Shown here piece by piece: positions 46,554-56,839 of a stretch of 64,000 nucleotides of DNA. A model generated the notes under the pieces. It did no database searches, was not told the DNA's origin, and was given only the letters and a program-made list of their open reading frames with translations. The stretch is taken from the NCBI GenBank assembly GCA_040768745.1, contig JAXGMI010000001.1, positions 1,632,001 through 1,696,000 on the forward strand, in the 5' to 3' direction. Numbering within the stretch: position 1 is the first letter of the stretch; each line of letters begins with the position of its first letter. This DNA comes from Desulfomicrobium sp. (GTDB lineage Bacteria > Desulfobacterota > Desulfovibrionia > Desulfovibrionales > Desulfomicrobiaceae). A program made the position numbers and the translations under genes.

Positions 46554-47222
46554 TCAGCCGAGGACTGCTGTCTTGAAGGCCTGATGGCGGGTGGAATAGG
46601 GCGGATAACCAAAAAAGGCGGAGCCGGACACGAGCACGTCCGCACCAAGCTCGGAGAGTTCCCGGGCATTTTCCAGGGTCACTCCTCCATCGACCTGGAC
46701 AAGGGTGCTGAGGTTTCTGGCTTTGATCATCGCGGACACGTCTTTGATCTTGTCCTTGCAGAAGGGAATGAAGGATTGCCCTCCGAATCCAGGGTTGACG
46801 GTCATGATCAGAACCATGTCCAGCTGGGGCAAAACATAGTCAACAACGGCCAGGGGCGTGGCGGGGTTGAGAGACAGGCCGACGCGCATGCCCGCCTCAC
46901 GGATGGCGCTCAACGAGCGTTCGAGATGTATGGTGCTTTCAGCGTGGATGCACAGCAGATCTGCTCCGGCTCCGGCGAAGTCGTTGATGTACCGTTCCGG
47001 CCGTTCAATCATCAGGTGAACGTCGAAAAAGAGGCTGGAGGTCCTGCGCAGGGCTTTGATCACCGGAGGGCCGAAGGTGATATTGGGCACGAAGGCTCCG
47101 TCCATGACATCCCAGTGCACCCACTGCAGACCCGCCTTTTCCAGTGCCTCCAACTCAGCCTGCAGGTTGCCGAAATCCGAGGACAGAAGGGACGGAGACA
47201 GGATGAATTCCCTGGCCATCAT
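46554..47222 (-). CDS. rpe: Ribulose-phosphate 3-epimerase
   Basis: SPSLLS, HWDVMDG.FVPNITFG, DVHLMI, MTVNPGFGGQ, VDGG. Confidence 0.97.
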   Translation of the reverse strand: MMAREFILSPSLLSSDFGNLQAELEALEKAGLQWVHWDVMDGAFVPNITFGPPVIKALRRTSSLFFDVHLMIERPERYINDFAGAGADLLCIHAESTIHLERSLSAIREAGMRVGLSLNPATPLAVVDYVLPQLDMVLIMTVNPGFGGQSFIPFCKDKIKDVSAMIKARNLSTLVQVDGGVTLENARELSELGADVLVSGSAFFGYPPYSTRHQAFKTAVLG

Positions 47223-47671
47223 TCCTCTCCCATTTTGAAATCGACCTGGATTTTGAACATCTTGGTCGCCGGCAGGTTCAAGATGGGCACCCCGGTCTTG
47301 CTGGTCACTTCAGCCAGAGTCGCCTGCACCTCTTCCCAGGATGGGGCTATGAAGGTGAACCATACGTTCTGACGATGAGCCCGCAGGTAGTTATGGGTCA
47401 CGCCCGGAAGACGGTTCACTTCAGCGATGAACGTGTCCAGCTTTTCGTCCGGCACGGCGGCCGAGCAGAGGGTTGAACGCCAGCCGAGCTTTCCGGACTG
47501 GAAATTGGCTCCGATGCGGCGGATGACCCCTTTTTCCGTCAAGGTCCGCACCCGGGCCAGGGTTTCAGCCTCGGTCAGTCCGACTTGGCGGCCTATTTCT
47601 GAGTAGGGGCGCTTCTCCAGGGGAAAAGCGGTCTGGATGATGTCCAGTATTTTTTTGTCGAAGTTGTCCAT
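47219..47671 (-). CDS. ahbA: Siroheme decarboxylase alpha subunit (AsnC-like)
   Basis: QTAFPLEKRPY, GVIRRIGANF, GVTHNYLR, NVWFT; in the ahb cluster. Confidence 0.88.
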   Translation of the reverse strand: MDNFDKKILDIIQTAFPLEKRPYSEIGRQVGLTEAETLARVRTLTEKGVIRRIGANFQSGKLGWRSTLCSAAVPDEKLDTFIAEVNRLPGVTHNYLRAHRQNVWFTFIAPSWEEVQATLAEVTSKTGVPILNLPATKMFKIQVDFKMGEE

Positions 47672-47683
47672 CGGCGCCCCGGA

Positions 47684-48862
47684 TCAGGGTTTTTGCTGGC
47701 CTGCGAGTTTGGGGGTGTAGGAGCAGAGGGGTTCCTCGCCCATGTAATTGTGGTCCATGGAATGGGCCCTGGCCCGGCATCCGCCGCAAACCTTATGATA
47801 TTCGCAGATCCCGCATTTGCCTTCGTACTCGTCCTGATTGCGGAACTGCTTGAACTGTTTGGAGCTTTTCCAGATTTCGGGGAAGCGGGTTGTGCGCACG
47901 TTGCCGCAGTCCAGCTCCAGGTAACCGCATGGCTGCACCTGGCCCACGTGGGAAATAAAGCAAAATCCCGTACCGCCCAGACAGCCCCTGGTCATGGCGT
48001 CCAGCCCGAAGTTTTCCACCGTCACGGGCACGCCCTCTGCCTTGGCCCGCTGGCGCATGATGCGGTAATAGTGCGGGGCACAAGTGGCCTTCAGGTGCAT
48101 CTTCGTGGTCTTGCGGAAGTCGTAGAACCAGTTCAGCACGTCCTCGTACTCCTGGGCCGTGATGACTTCAGCTCCCAGCTGGGCAGCCCGGCCGGTGGGC
48201 ACCAGAAGGAAGATGTGCCAGGCTGCGGCTCCAAGACTTTGGCACAGGTCGAAAATCTGCTTGAAGCTGCCGAGATTCGCCCTGGTTACCGTGGTGTTGA
48301 TCTGGAATTCGATGCCTGCCGCCTTCAAATACCCGATGCCGCGCATGGACGCGTCAAAAGCGCCCTGCACACCCCGGAATTCGTCGTGACTGGCTGCGTC
48401 AGGGCCATCGATGGAGATGGAGCAGCGCTGCACCCCCGCCTCGCGCATCATGGCGCCCGTTTCCGGGGTGATGAGGGTCCCGTTGGGAGACATGACGCAG
48501 CGCAACCCCTTGTCCGTGGCGTAGCGGATCAGTTCGTATACGTCGGGACGCATCATGGGGTCACCGCCAGTGAAGATGATGATGGGGTTGCCCACTTCGG
48601 GGAAGGTGTCGATGAGTGCTTTGGCCTCGACCGTGTCCAGTTCGCCCTCATAGGGCTCGAGGCGGGCTTCGGCCCGGCAGTGCTTGCAGGCCAAGTTGCA
48701 GGATCGGGTCACTTCCCAGGCGATGAGCTTGCATGCCGGAGAGCCGTCGGCCAGGGTTCTGATCATGCCACCGGGATGGCCGCCGGGCTTGGTTCCCGGG
48801 TGAGCTGTTGGATGGGCGCCCAGATTGCCGAGGCCTTTGCCGTGTTGGGTATGGCTGTGCAT
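47684..48862 (-). CDS. ahbD: Radical SAM heme b synthase
   Basis: WEVTRSCNLACKHCRA, KATCAPHYYR, GCLGG, SPASM CxxC...CGGCRARA. Confidence 0.92.
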   Translation of the reverse strand: MHSHTQHGKGLGNLGAHPTAHPGTKPGGHPGGMIRTLADGSPACKLIAWEVTRSCNLACKHCRAEARLEPYEGELDTVEAKALIDTFPEVGNPIIIFTGGDPMMRPDVYELIRYATDKGLRCVMSPNGTLITPETGAMMREAGVQRCSISIDGPDAASHDEFRGVQGAFDASMRGIGYLKAAGIEFQINTTVTRANLGSFKQIFDLCQSLGAAAWHIFLLVPTGRAAQLGAEVITAQEYEDVLNWFYDFRKTTKMHLKATCAPHYYRIMRQRAKAEGVPVTVENFGLDAMTRGCLGGTGFCFISHVGQVQPCGYLELDCGNVRTTRFPEIWKSSKQFKQFRNQDEYEGKCGICEYHKVCGGCRARAHSMDHNYMGEEPLCSYTPKLAGQQKP

Positions 48863-49839
48863 CAGAGATGTCCCGCCTTGAGCAGATCATTGGTGAAGTA
48901 CGAGAGGATCAGGTCGGCCCCGGCTCGTTTAAGGGCCAGGAGGCTTTCCATGGCCACGGCCGTCTCGTCGATCCATCCGTTCATGGCCGCGGCTTTGATC
49001 TGGCTGTATTCCCCACTGACCTGGTACGCGGCGACAGGCAGGTCGAATCTGTCCCGGACCTGCCGAATGATGTCAAGATATGGCAATCCCGGCTTGACCA
49101 TGAGGATGTCCGCTCCTTCGGCCACATCGGCGGCTGCCTCGCGCAGCCCCTCCCGGCCGTTGCCCGGGTCCATCTGGTAGGTCTTGCGGTCCCCGAATTT
49201 GGGGGCGCTTTCTGCGGCGTCCCGGAACGGCCCGTAGAAGGCAGAAGCATACTTGACCGCGTAGGACATGATCGGCGTGTTGAGAAATCCCGCCCCATCC
49301 AGGGCCTGGCGTATGGCCGCCACGCGACCGTCCATCATGTCTGAAGGGGCGATGATATCCGCTCCGGCTTGGGCCTGGGCCACGGCGGTGCGGGCCAGAA
49401 GTTCCAGGGTCGGGTCGTTCTGCACCTCGCCCACTGGGGAGACCAGGCCACAATGCCCGTGGGAGGTGTACTCGCAAAGACATGTGTCAGCCACGACGAT
49501 GAGTTCGGGCCATCTGCCCTTGATCTGACGGATGGCCCGCTGCACGATACCCGCATCAGCGTAGGCCTGGGAACCGGCAGGGTCTTTTTGGACCGGGATG
49601 CCGAAAAGGATGAGACTTTGAAGCCCCGCATGCACCGCTTCGCCGACTTCGGCCATGAGCTGGGACAGGCCCAGCTGGAACTGGCCAGGCATGGAGGCGA
49701 TGGGTTTTCTGAAATCAGGGTCCGACTCCACCACGAAATAGGGCTGGATCAGATCTTCCCTGCCCAACCGGGTCTCGCGGACCATATCCCGCAACGCCTT
49801 GGATGAACGCAGCCGGCGGCCGCGATAGAACGAACGCAT
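48862..49839 (-). CDS. hemB: Porphobilinogen synthase
   Basis: [41 protein letters not shown]. Confidence 0.97.
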   Translation of the reverse strand: MRSFYRGRRLRSSKALRDMVRETRLGREDLIQPYFVVESDPDFRKPIASMPGQFQLGLSQLMAEVGEAVHAGLQSLILFGIPVQKDPAGSQAYADAGIVQRAIRQIKGRWPELIVVADTCLCEYTSHGHCGLVSPVGEVQNDPTLELLARTAVAQAQAGADIIAPSDMMDGRVAAIRQALDGAGFLNTPIMSYAVKYASAFYGPFRDAAESAPKFGDRKTYQMDPGNGREGLREAAADVAEGADILMVKPGLPYLDIIRQVRDRFDLPVAAYQVSGEYSQIKAAAMNGWIDETAVAMESLLALKRAGADLILSYFTNDLLKAGHL

Positions 49840-49849
49840 GACGCCCTCC

Positions 49850-51043
49850 CTAGATCGGCTCGCCGCTGATTTCCTCGTCCGTCAGGTAGCAGGCCGGATC
49901 GTGGGCCCAGAAATCATCATAAAAAGCTTCGGCCCGGGCCCGGAAATTGCCGCCGCAGATGTTCAGGAACCGGCAGGTGGCACATCGCCCCTTCACGTGC
50001 GGCCGCTTGTCCTTCAGTTTGTGCAGCAGTTCTATGCCCTCGTCCATCCAGATCTCGGAGAAGGGGCGCTGGAGTACGTTCCCGAAGGTGTGATGGCGCA
50101 TGAACTGGTCCGCGTGCACCGAGCCGTCCCAGGAAATACACCCGATGCCCCGGCCGGAGGAGTTGCCCTCATTCATTTTGAGGAGTTCCAGTACTTCAGC
50201 CGCGCGCTTGGGATCCTCCTTCAAAAGACGATAGTATACGTAAGGCCCGTCGGCGTGGTTGTCCACGGTCAGAACTTCCTTGGGCAGGCCTCTGTCGTGC
50301 AGGTCCCGGGTCCGGTCCATGATCAGGTCCACTACAGCCCTGGTTTCGGCATGATCCAGGTCTTCTTTGATCAGCTCAGAGCCGCGACCAGAATACACCA
50401 GATGGTAAAAACAGATTCTCGGCACGTTCATGGTCTCGATCAGATTGAAGAGGTGGGGGATCTCGGCGGCGTTTCTTTTGTTGATGGTGAAGCGCAATCC
50501 GACCTTGAGTCCCTCGGCCTGGCAGTTCTCCACGCCCTTCAAGGCCTGTCTGTAGGATCCGGAAACCCCTCGGAATTGGTCATGCACAGTCTCGGCGCCG
50601 TCCAGGGAGATGCCGACATAGGACAGCCCGACTTCTTTGAGTTCCCGGGCCTTGGCCTTGGTGATGAGGGTGCCATTGGTGGAGATGACGGCGCGCATGC
50701 CCTTGGATGTAGCGTATTTGGCCAGTTCGACCAGATCTTCGCGGACCAGGGGCTCGCCGCCGGAGAAAAGCATGACCGGCGCCCCAAATCGGGCCAGGTC
50801 GTCGATGATGGTCTTGGCCTGATCCGTGGAAATGGGATCCTTATGGCTGCTCGGCTCCACGGCGTGGGCGTAGCAGTGCACGCATTTCAGGTTGCAGCGC
50901 TGGGTCATGTTCCAGACCACAACGGGTTTCTTGTCTTTGGCGAATTGCAGCAGATGGGAGGGAAGCTGGGAGGAGTGGCGCCCGTAGCGCAGGGCATCGG
51001 ATGGTTCCACAGTGCCGCAGTACAATTTCGAGATACCGATCAT
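49850..51043 (-). CDS. ahbC: Radical SAM Fe-coproporphyrin synthase
   Basis: [47 protein letters not shown]. Confidence 0.92.
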   Translation of the reverse strand: MIGISKLYCGTVEPSDALRYGRHSSQLPSHLLQFAKDKKPVVVWNMTQRCNLKCVHCYAHAVEPSSHKDPISTDQAKTIIDDLARFGAPVMLFSGGEPLVREDLVELAKYATSKGMRAVISTNGTLITKAKARELKEVGLSYVGISLDGAETVHDQFRGVSGSYRQALKGVENCQAEGLKVGLRFTINKRNAAEIPHLFNLIETMNVPRICFYHLVYSGRGSELIKEDLDHAETRAVVDLIMDRTRDLHDRGLPKEVLTVDNHADGPYVYYRLLKEDPKRAAEVLELLKMNEGNSSGRGIGCISWDGSVHADQFMRHHTFGNVLQRPFSEIWMDEGIELLHKLKDKRPHVKGRCATCRFLNICGGNFRARAEAFYDDFWAHDPACYLTDEEISGEPI

Positions 51044-51193
51044 GGTTGCCTCATGTGAGCCATTGCGCTCGTCTGGGTGACATTAATCTCCGCCAGGAGT
51101 CATGGTTGGCGGGCTTTACGAAAAAACGGGTCTGAACCTTGCCCTAATGGTTCCCTTTGTCAAGTCAAGGCAAAGGGCTTGGGGGAAGCGCAG

Positions 51194-51220
51194 GACGCCA
51201 ATCCGCTCCGGATTGGCGTC
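51194..51220. repeat. Perfect 12-bp intergenic inverted repeat
   Basis: GACGCCAATCCG-CTC-CGGATTGGCGTC between the YIP1-like gene and ahbC. Confidence 0.7.
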
Positions 51221-51301
51221 GAGAGTTGGCAGCGGTCCGCAGAAAGCGGCCATAACGAAACGGTCTGTCATGGCAGGAGGGCGCACGCCCATCCTGGCCG
51301 T

Positions 51302-52198
51302 TCAGACTCTTCCGAAGAGCAGGGTCAAGACGATGGCCACGACAAAAGCCAGGAGCATGGGCAGGATCAGGACCGCCAGGACTTGCTTGTTCGTCGCGTT
51401 GTGCACGTGTCTCAGCCCGAGAAATTTGTAGACGGTCACACCGATCATGGCCAGAGGCAGCCCAATGTAGGGCACGACCATGAGCAGCATGGGTGCGGAA
51501 CTGTAGACTTCAGCCCGGAACGTGCCCTCGAAGCCCTTGGTGTCCGCTTTGAAGAGACGCAAAAAGAAGTGATTTATGGCTGTATCGAAAAAAAGAAAAA
51601 TCGAAACCTGCAGCGGGTAGAGAATGAGGGCCAGTCCGGCTTGCAGGTTGTGGCCCAGGTTTTCTGTTATCATACTGGGAGGCAGGATGCCCAGCAACTG
51701 CCAGAGGGATTGAGACAGGGCCACGGACTCGATGATGATGAGAAAAAAGAGGAGCGGCTTGATGAAGCCGTGCCCTACGGGCATGGCCGAAAAAAAGCGT
51801 TTCGGGTTGGACAGCACATCCAGGAATGTCCGGGCAAAGGCCTGGGGATAGCCGGAAGAGGCCAGTTCCCAGGCCGGCAGTTTCGGTTCGACAGGGTCTT
51901 CCGACTCGGACGTATCCTCTTCGCTTTCCTGGTCCAAGGCCTCCAAACCCTTCCACAAGTCCTCATCCTTGGGGGGCTCCGCAGGTTGGGGCGGAGCAGA
52001 GGGAGGAGCGGTCGGTGTGGCCGGTTCTGGGTTTTCTGACTGCGGCTGGGATTGAGTTTGTTCAGGGTCAGGGATGGCGATTTCCCGGAATTTGAAGCGA
52101 TGTTTGCATTTGGGGCAAGTTGCCATGGCCGCTTTGGGAGGCAGACTCGCTTCATCGACGTCGCGGCCGAATCCGCAATTGGGGCACGTAATGTTCAT
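51302..52198 (-). CDS. Zinc-ribbon (MJ0042-type) + YIP1-like membrane protein
   Basis: CPNC...CPKC N-terminus, Pro/acidic linker, PWE motif, several C-terminal TM helices. Confidence 0.75.
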   Translation of the reverse strand: MNITCPNCGFGRDVDEASLPPKAAMATCPKCKHRFKFREIAIPDPEQTQSQPQSENPEPATPTAPPSAPPQPAEPPKDEDLWKGLEALDQESEEDTSESEDPVEPKLPAWELASSGYPQAFARTFLDVLSNPKRFFSAMPVGHGFIKPLLFFLIIIESVALSQSLWQLLGILPPSMITENLGHNLQAGLALILYPLQVSIFLFFDTAINHFFLRLFKADTKGFEGTFRAEVYSSAPMLLMVVPYIGLPLAMIGVTVYKFLGLRHVHNATNKQVLAVLILPMLLAFVVAIVLTLLFGRV

Positions 52199-52415
52199 GG
52201 TAAGCGCATTCTCCTCTTGCCAGAAGGCTGATACCTGCTCTCGTCCGGATTGGCAACCGCGCCTGCTGGGGACGGAAGAGGGCCTTGTTGCATCGAGGAC
52301 AATGTGGCAGTACCGATCTCCCCGTTATCTTGGTTTGGCCCTGAAATAGCTGGTCATTCCAGGGCGAGATTCTGTATGGCAACGGTGTTGTCGAGCGGCT
52401 GTGGAGGCACGTTGG

Positions 52416-52823
52416 CTAACGGGCGTAGTAGGCTGCGGCCTTCGGTGGAGACGGGTGCGGGGTGTGGCATATCTCGGCAAAAGCGGACCTGAACGCGGAC
52501 AGGATGGTGACGACCTCGTCGATGGGTTCCTGGGTCATTTTGAGATTGGCCTGAAGCAGGCGCGCGTTACAGTACATGTAGAGTGTGTGCAGAGTTCGGG
52601 CGATCTCTCCTCCTCTTTCCGTGTTCAAGGACCCGTCAAGCTCGGCGATGATGTCCAAAGCCTGGGAGATGAGCACGCCCTTTTGGGCGAAGTTCTTCTC
52701 CTGCATGTGGATCTTGGCCTGTTCCAGGAATGTGATGGCCCCGTCATAGAGCATGACCACGAGATGGCCAGGGGTGGAGGTGGTGACCTGGGTCTGCATG
52801 TAGGCGGTTGCGGCTCTCTGCAC
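52416..52823 (-). CDS. fliS: Flagellin chaperone FliS
   Basis: AY.QTQV.T.TPGHLVVMLYDGAI...GGEIA..L..LY.Y. Confidence 0.95.
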   Translation of the reverse strand: MQRAATAYMQTQVTTSTPGHLVVMLYDGAITFLEQAKIHMQEKNFAQKGVLISQALDIIAELDGSLNTERGGEIARTLHTLYMYCNARLLQANLKMTQEPIDEVVTILSAFRSAFAEICHTPHPSPPKAAAYYAR

Positions 52824-52835
52824 TGTGAAATCTCC

Positions 52836-54920
52836 TTATTTTGAGCTGCCGGATAAGCTTTTGATCTGGGACTCCAACTGGGTCTGGATACTTTCGTAGG
52901 TTCCGAGCAACGCTTCCAGATTGGCGAACTTGAGCCGCAGGTTGCTTTCAAGAAGGGTCAGCCGCCGCTCTTCATAGGCGATTTTTTCGTCGATGGAATC
53001 CATGATGTCCTGGTAATTGTCCTTCAGGATATCCAGGGTGCCGGTCAACGGATCGGTCAGCTTTTTGATTTCCTGATACAGCTCTTCGGTCTTGCCTGAC
53101 TTGATCTGGATTTGGCCGTTGAAAATCCGCGCCTCGGACAGGTTCAGCACTTCGATGGCCAATCCGCGGGCAGGGTTGCCGTCTCCGTCCGCAGTGATCT
53201 TGGTCCCCTCTATGCGGGCTGCATAGCCATTGATGGAGGCCGAAATGACTTCACCCGTTGCGCTGACTTCATAGCTGACCGAAAAATCACCTGCACTGGT
53301 CACCCCTCTGATGGAGGAGGCGTATCTGAAATTTGGGGATTCCGTGGGCACGCCGTCGACGGTCTCCTTGGTCGACGGATACATGTCCGCGCTGAAGAGT
53401 CGGCCCACGGCGTCAGGTTCGGATGCAAGGGCCGAGGAAAAGGCGCCTTTGTCGAAGACAAGGAGGCCGAAGGTGGCGGAGCCTTCATTCGTGTCCGTGG
53501 TGATGCCGAGACTGCCCAGAGAGACGAACGGGTCCATGTCAAAGTCAAAGCCCAGTCCTTTTCTGGAGAGAATGTTCTTCAGGTTCTGCTGAATCATCTG
53601 CACGCCATAGTTTCCCGTCAGGATGGAGGAGTTGACCTCCTTGCCTTCCGTCGTGACCTGGGTCTGCTCCTTGATGAGGGTCAGCACCGTGTTGATCCCA
53701 TCCACAAAGGTTTGCACGTTCTGTATGACCGCGGCGGCGTCGATGCTTGTGGTCAACGTGGTTGAGCCCGGGGCGGCCAGGTTCATGGCCACCCCGGCGA
53801 TGACGTCGGATACGGTATTGGTGGGACGTTCGATATACCCGTCGGTTGCCCCAAGAATCTGGGTGAACTTGTCGGATTGGAGTGTGGTCGCCGATGTTCC
53901 TGGCATATTGACGATGGAAATCTGGTTGGCCGAGCCGGGGTCACCCGTAAGCGTGAATTCGAGATCCCCAGAGGCGTTCGTCAAAGCCGATGCCTGGAAC
54001 GCGGACGATGGCAACCTGGCCAGTACGGCAATGTTCACGGCTGTGGCCAGTTCCGCATAGGTGGTTGTGCTGCTGAGGGACACGGAAAAAATGTTTCCCG
54101 CATAGGTGAACTTGAATGCGCCGCCTGCCCCAGATACGACGGACGCGGGGGTGCTGCCCGTAATGGCAGCGGTCAGGGTGTCGGCTGTGGGCGTTGCCGT
54201 GTGAGGCCACCCGTCAACAACGAGCTGCGCGTTGCCGGAGTTCTGGGTTTCAATGAACTGGCTTTGCCCAAAGTTTGCCAGCAGTTCGGAGGAAGTCAAA
54301 CTTTCATCGATGATGAAATCATTGCCGGCACCGAGGTCCATGCCGCGGATTTGCAGTCGAAATCCGCTGCCATCATTGATCATGCTGGCGCGGACATAGT
54401 TGCGGTTCTCTGGGTCGGAATTGATCAGTTTTGCGAATTGGGATAGGGTTGTGGTCGATGTCACATCCACGGATATCTGACGATTCCCATAGGTGAAGGA
54501 AAATGTTCCTGCGGAACCGCCACTGATGACGTCCTCTGGGGAGGAAAAAATTGCCGCCCCCATGTGCATGTCGGTGGTGGCCATGGACACAACGGTTACA
54601 AGATGGGAACCTTGTTCCGCTTCGCTGGTGGCCGAAGCCGTCATGGCTGTGGAGTTGGACGACGCCACCGTCTTGATCAGGAATTCGTCCGCCGTGTTCA
54701 TGGACGACAGGGTTGTGTTCAGGTTCAGCATGGCGACGCTCAGGGCGTCAAAGGCGTCACTTTTCTGTTCCCACTCTGCGCGCCATGTTTCCAGGCGGTT
54801 GGTGTTGGTTTTTTCCACCTCCACCAACTGGGTGACCAGGGAATCGAAATCCGTGCCCGAACCAAGGCCGGTGAACCTGATTGCTCCTGAAATCAGCGAT
54901 GTGGACAGATCGTCAGCCAT
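52836..54920 (-). CDS. fliD: Flagellar filament cap protein FliD
   Basis: FTGLGSGTDFDSLV N-terminus, NTVSDVIAGV, coiled-coil C-terminus; start ATG 54920 lies downstream of the sigma54 site. Confidence 0.93.
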   Translation of the reverse strand: MADDLSTSLISGAIRFTGLGSGTDFDSLVTQLVEVEKTNTNRLETWRAEWEQKSDAFDALSVAMLNLNTTLSSMNTADEFLIKTVASSNSTAMTASATSEAEQGSHLVTVVSMATTDMHMGAAIFSSPEDVISGGSAGTFSFTYGNRQISVDVTSTTTLSQFAKLINSDPENRNYVRASMINDGSGFRLQIRGMDLGAGNDFIIDESLTSSELLANFGQSQFIETQNSGNAQLVVDGWPHTATPTADTLTAAITGSTPASVVSGAGGAFKFTYAGNIFSVSLSSTTTYAELATAVNIAVLARLPSSAFQASALTNASGDLEFTLTGDPGSANQISIVNMPGTSATTLQSDKFTQILGATDGYIERPTNTVSDVIAGVAMNLAAPGSTTLTTSIDAAAVIQNVQTFVDGINTVLTLIKEQTQVTTEGKEVNSSILTGNYGVQMIQQNLKNILSRKGLGFDFDMDPFVSLGSLGITTDTNEGSATFGLLVFDKGAFSSALASEPDAVGRLFSADMYPSTKETVDGVPTESPNFRYASSIRGVTSAGDFSVSYEVSATGEVISASINGYAARIEGTKITADGDGNPARGLAIEVLNLSEARIFNGQIQIKSGKTEELYQEIKKLTDPLTGTLDILKDNYQDIMDSIDEKIAYEERRLTLLESNLRLKFANLEALLGTYESIQTQLESQIKSLSGSSK

Positions 54921-54965
54921 ACATGCCCCTGCACAAAGAAGTTGCGAGTCGACTGTCAAATGCCT

Positions 54966-54981
54966 AGCAAGCCTGATGCCA
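54966..54981 (-). promoter_or_regulatory. Sigma54 promoter of fliD-fliS
   Basis: Minus strand TGGCAT-CAGGC-TTGCT, near consensus. Confidence 0.8.
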
Positions 54982-54998
54982 GGCTGTTCCCTGTGAGG

Positions 54999-55032
54999 AA
55001 AAGAAAGGCCGGGCCGCGTGTGCGTCCCGGCC
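54999..55032 (-). terminator. Rho-independent terminator of fliC
   Basis: GGCCGGG...CCCGGCC stem followed on the minus strand by TTTCTTTT. Confidence 0.75.
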
Positions 55033-55064
55033 AGGAGTCGGTCAAGAACGGGTACTGGGTGTCA

Positions 55065-55955
55065 TTATCCCTGCAGGAGCTGCAGGGCCATCTGTGGCAG
55101 GCTGTTGGCCTGCGAGAGCATGGCTACGGCACTCTGGGTCAGGATCTGGTTCCTGACGAAGTTGGTCATTTCCGTGGCGACGTCCACGTCGGAGATCCGT
55201 GATTCTGCTGCCTGCAGGTTTTCGGCCTGGATGGTCAGGTTGGTGATGGTGTTTTCCAGACGGTTCTGTAGGGCGCCGAGGTTCGCGCGGATGTTGTCCT
55301 TGGTGGTGATGGCCGTGTTCAGGGCATCCAGGGCATTCTGGGCATTGGCCTGGGTGGAGATATCGTGGCCCGCAGTTCCAGCGGCAGTGCTGTTGCCCAC
55401 GCCCAGGGCCGCGGCCGTGGCGTCGCCGATGGCGATGTAGTAGTAGTCCTCGTCACTGTCGTTGCCCGTGCCGAAGTGGACCTTGAGCTGGCCTGTGGAT
55501 GTCGCAGCTGTTCCATCATGCGGTCCGGAGAGGTTTCCGTTCAGCAGATAAATGCCGTTGAAGTCCGTTGCGTTGGCGATACGGGTGATTTCCGAGGCCA
55601 TGGCCTGGTACTCGGAATCGATGATCGCGCGCTGATCCGACGTGTAGGTGCCGGTGGCCGCCTGGGTGGCCAGCTCCTTCATGCGGATCAGCTTTTCATC
55701 GATGACCTGCAGTGCGCCATCGGCAGTCTGAATCAGGGAAATGGCATCGTTGGCGTTGCGTACGCCCTGGTTCAGGGACGAGATGTCCGCGCGCATGAGT
55801 TCGCGGATGGCCAAGCCGGCGGCGTCATCGGCGGCGCTGGTGATGCGCAGGCCCGAGGACAGACGGCTGGTGGACGTGGACAGGCTGTTGTAGGCGGTGG
55901 CCAGGTTGCGGGACGCGTTCATGGCCATCAGGTTGTGGTTGATTACCAAAGACAT
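55065..55955 (-). CDS. fliC: Flagellin
   Basis: MSLVINHN, LSSGLRI..AADDAAGLAI, LGALQNRL, AESRISDVDVA. Confidence 0.97.
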   Translation of the reverse strand: MSLVINHNLMAMNASRNLATAYNSLSTSTSRLSSGLRITSAADDAAGLAIRELMRADISSLNQGVRNANDAISLIQTADGALQVIDEKLIRMKELATQAATGTYTSDQRAIIDSEYQAMASEITRIANATDFNGIYLLNGNLSGPHDGTAATSTGQLKVHFGTGNDSDEDYYYIAIGDATAAALGVGNSTAAGTAGHDISTQANAQNALDALNTAITTKDNIRANLGALQNRLENTITNLTIQAENLQAAESRISDVDVATEMTNFVRNQILTQSAVAMLSQANSLPQMALQLLQG

Positions 55956-56035
55956 GACAATTCCTCCTTGAAGATGATCGGCTTCCTTGCCTTGGGGTTC
56001 AGCAGCGTCTGGGCTGCATCGTGTACTTGAAGGAT

Positions 56036-56062
56036 GAATCGGCAGGACTTGGATTTTCTTTA
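56036..56062 (-). promoter_or_regulatory. Sigma28 (FliA) promoter of fliC
   Basis: Minus strand TAAA-N15-GCCGATTC. Confidence 0.8.
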
Positions 56063-56095
56063 GGAGTTTTCGTCCGATTTTTTTCGAGAATCTTT

Positions 56096-56839
56096 TTATT
56101 CGAAATCGAAGATGTTCTGACGCGCTTCGTCCGGACTGATGCCCCGGGATCTGGCAATGGATTCGAGGTTGTCCTCAGCGTCGGATTTACGCAGGTAGAG
56201 GGGGTGGGGGGGATGGACAGAATAATGCGCCCGGCAGGCCAAGCCGAGCAGCAGTGCGGGCATGGGCGTGTCGAAGCAGGGAGGGAGAATGCGGGCCTTC
56301 GGCAGGTCGAGCAGTGCCTGATTCCTGCGCAGCCCGCTGCCCAGCAGGTGGACAGCCCCCGAGCGACTGGTGAGCAGATCCCCCACCTTGCTCAGGGGGA
56401 GAGGCTGGATGCCTGTCAAAGGCCCCCTTCCGTCAAAGCCCTGGACATAGACCTGGGCCTTGCGGGCATGGGTCAGGACCCAGACCTCGTCAGGGAGCAA
56501 AGGGGCGATCTGTGCGGCCAAAAGGGAAGGGTACTCCAGCCCGGCCATGGGGATGGAGAAAGGTCTGGCCAGTCCGTACATGGATGCATGAGAGATGCGC
56601 AGCCCGGTGAACGAGCCAGGTCCGCGCACGCAGGCAATGCCCGCCAGATCCTTCACCCTGACATTGGCGAGCCTGAGTCCCCGTTCAATGGAGGTGTGCA
56701 GGTGCCGGATGGATTGTCCAGGGCAGAGGATTTCTTCACTGAACAGAAGCTGCTGTGGGGAGCCCAGGACGACCTGCATGCGCTCCTCCGCGCAGTTCAG
56801 GGCGAGAAACATCTCACTGGAAATGGCGCAGGATGTCAT
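56096..56839 (-). CDS. tsaB: tRNA threonylcarbamoyladenosine biosynthesis protein TsaB
   Basis: RGPGSFTGLRI, HARKAQVY, PLYLRKSDAE; start uncertain. Confidence 0.9.
   Translation of the reverse strand: MTSCAISSEMFLALNCAEERMQVVLGSPQQLLFSEEILCPGQSIRHLHTSIERGLRLANVRVKDLAGIACVRGPGSFTGLRISHASMYGLARPFSIPMAGLEYPSLLAAQIAPLLPDEVWVLTHARKAQVYVQGFDGRGPLTGIQPLPLSKVGDLLTSRSGAVHLLGSGLRRNQALLDLPKARILPPCFDTPMPALLLGLACRAHYSVHPPHPLYLRKSDAEDNLESIARSRGISPDEARQNIFDFE

Noticed and set aside
47219..51043. ahb cluster lacking ahbB
   Set aside because: ahbB is known to be encoded separately in Desulfovibrio-type genomes, so this is not evidence of an incomplete pathway.
51207..52254. TCCGGATTGGC on both sides of the YIP1-like gene as a target-site duplication
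   Set aside because: Only 11 nt, one copy is part of a hairpin arm, and the enclosed gene has no mobility function.
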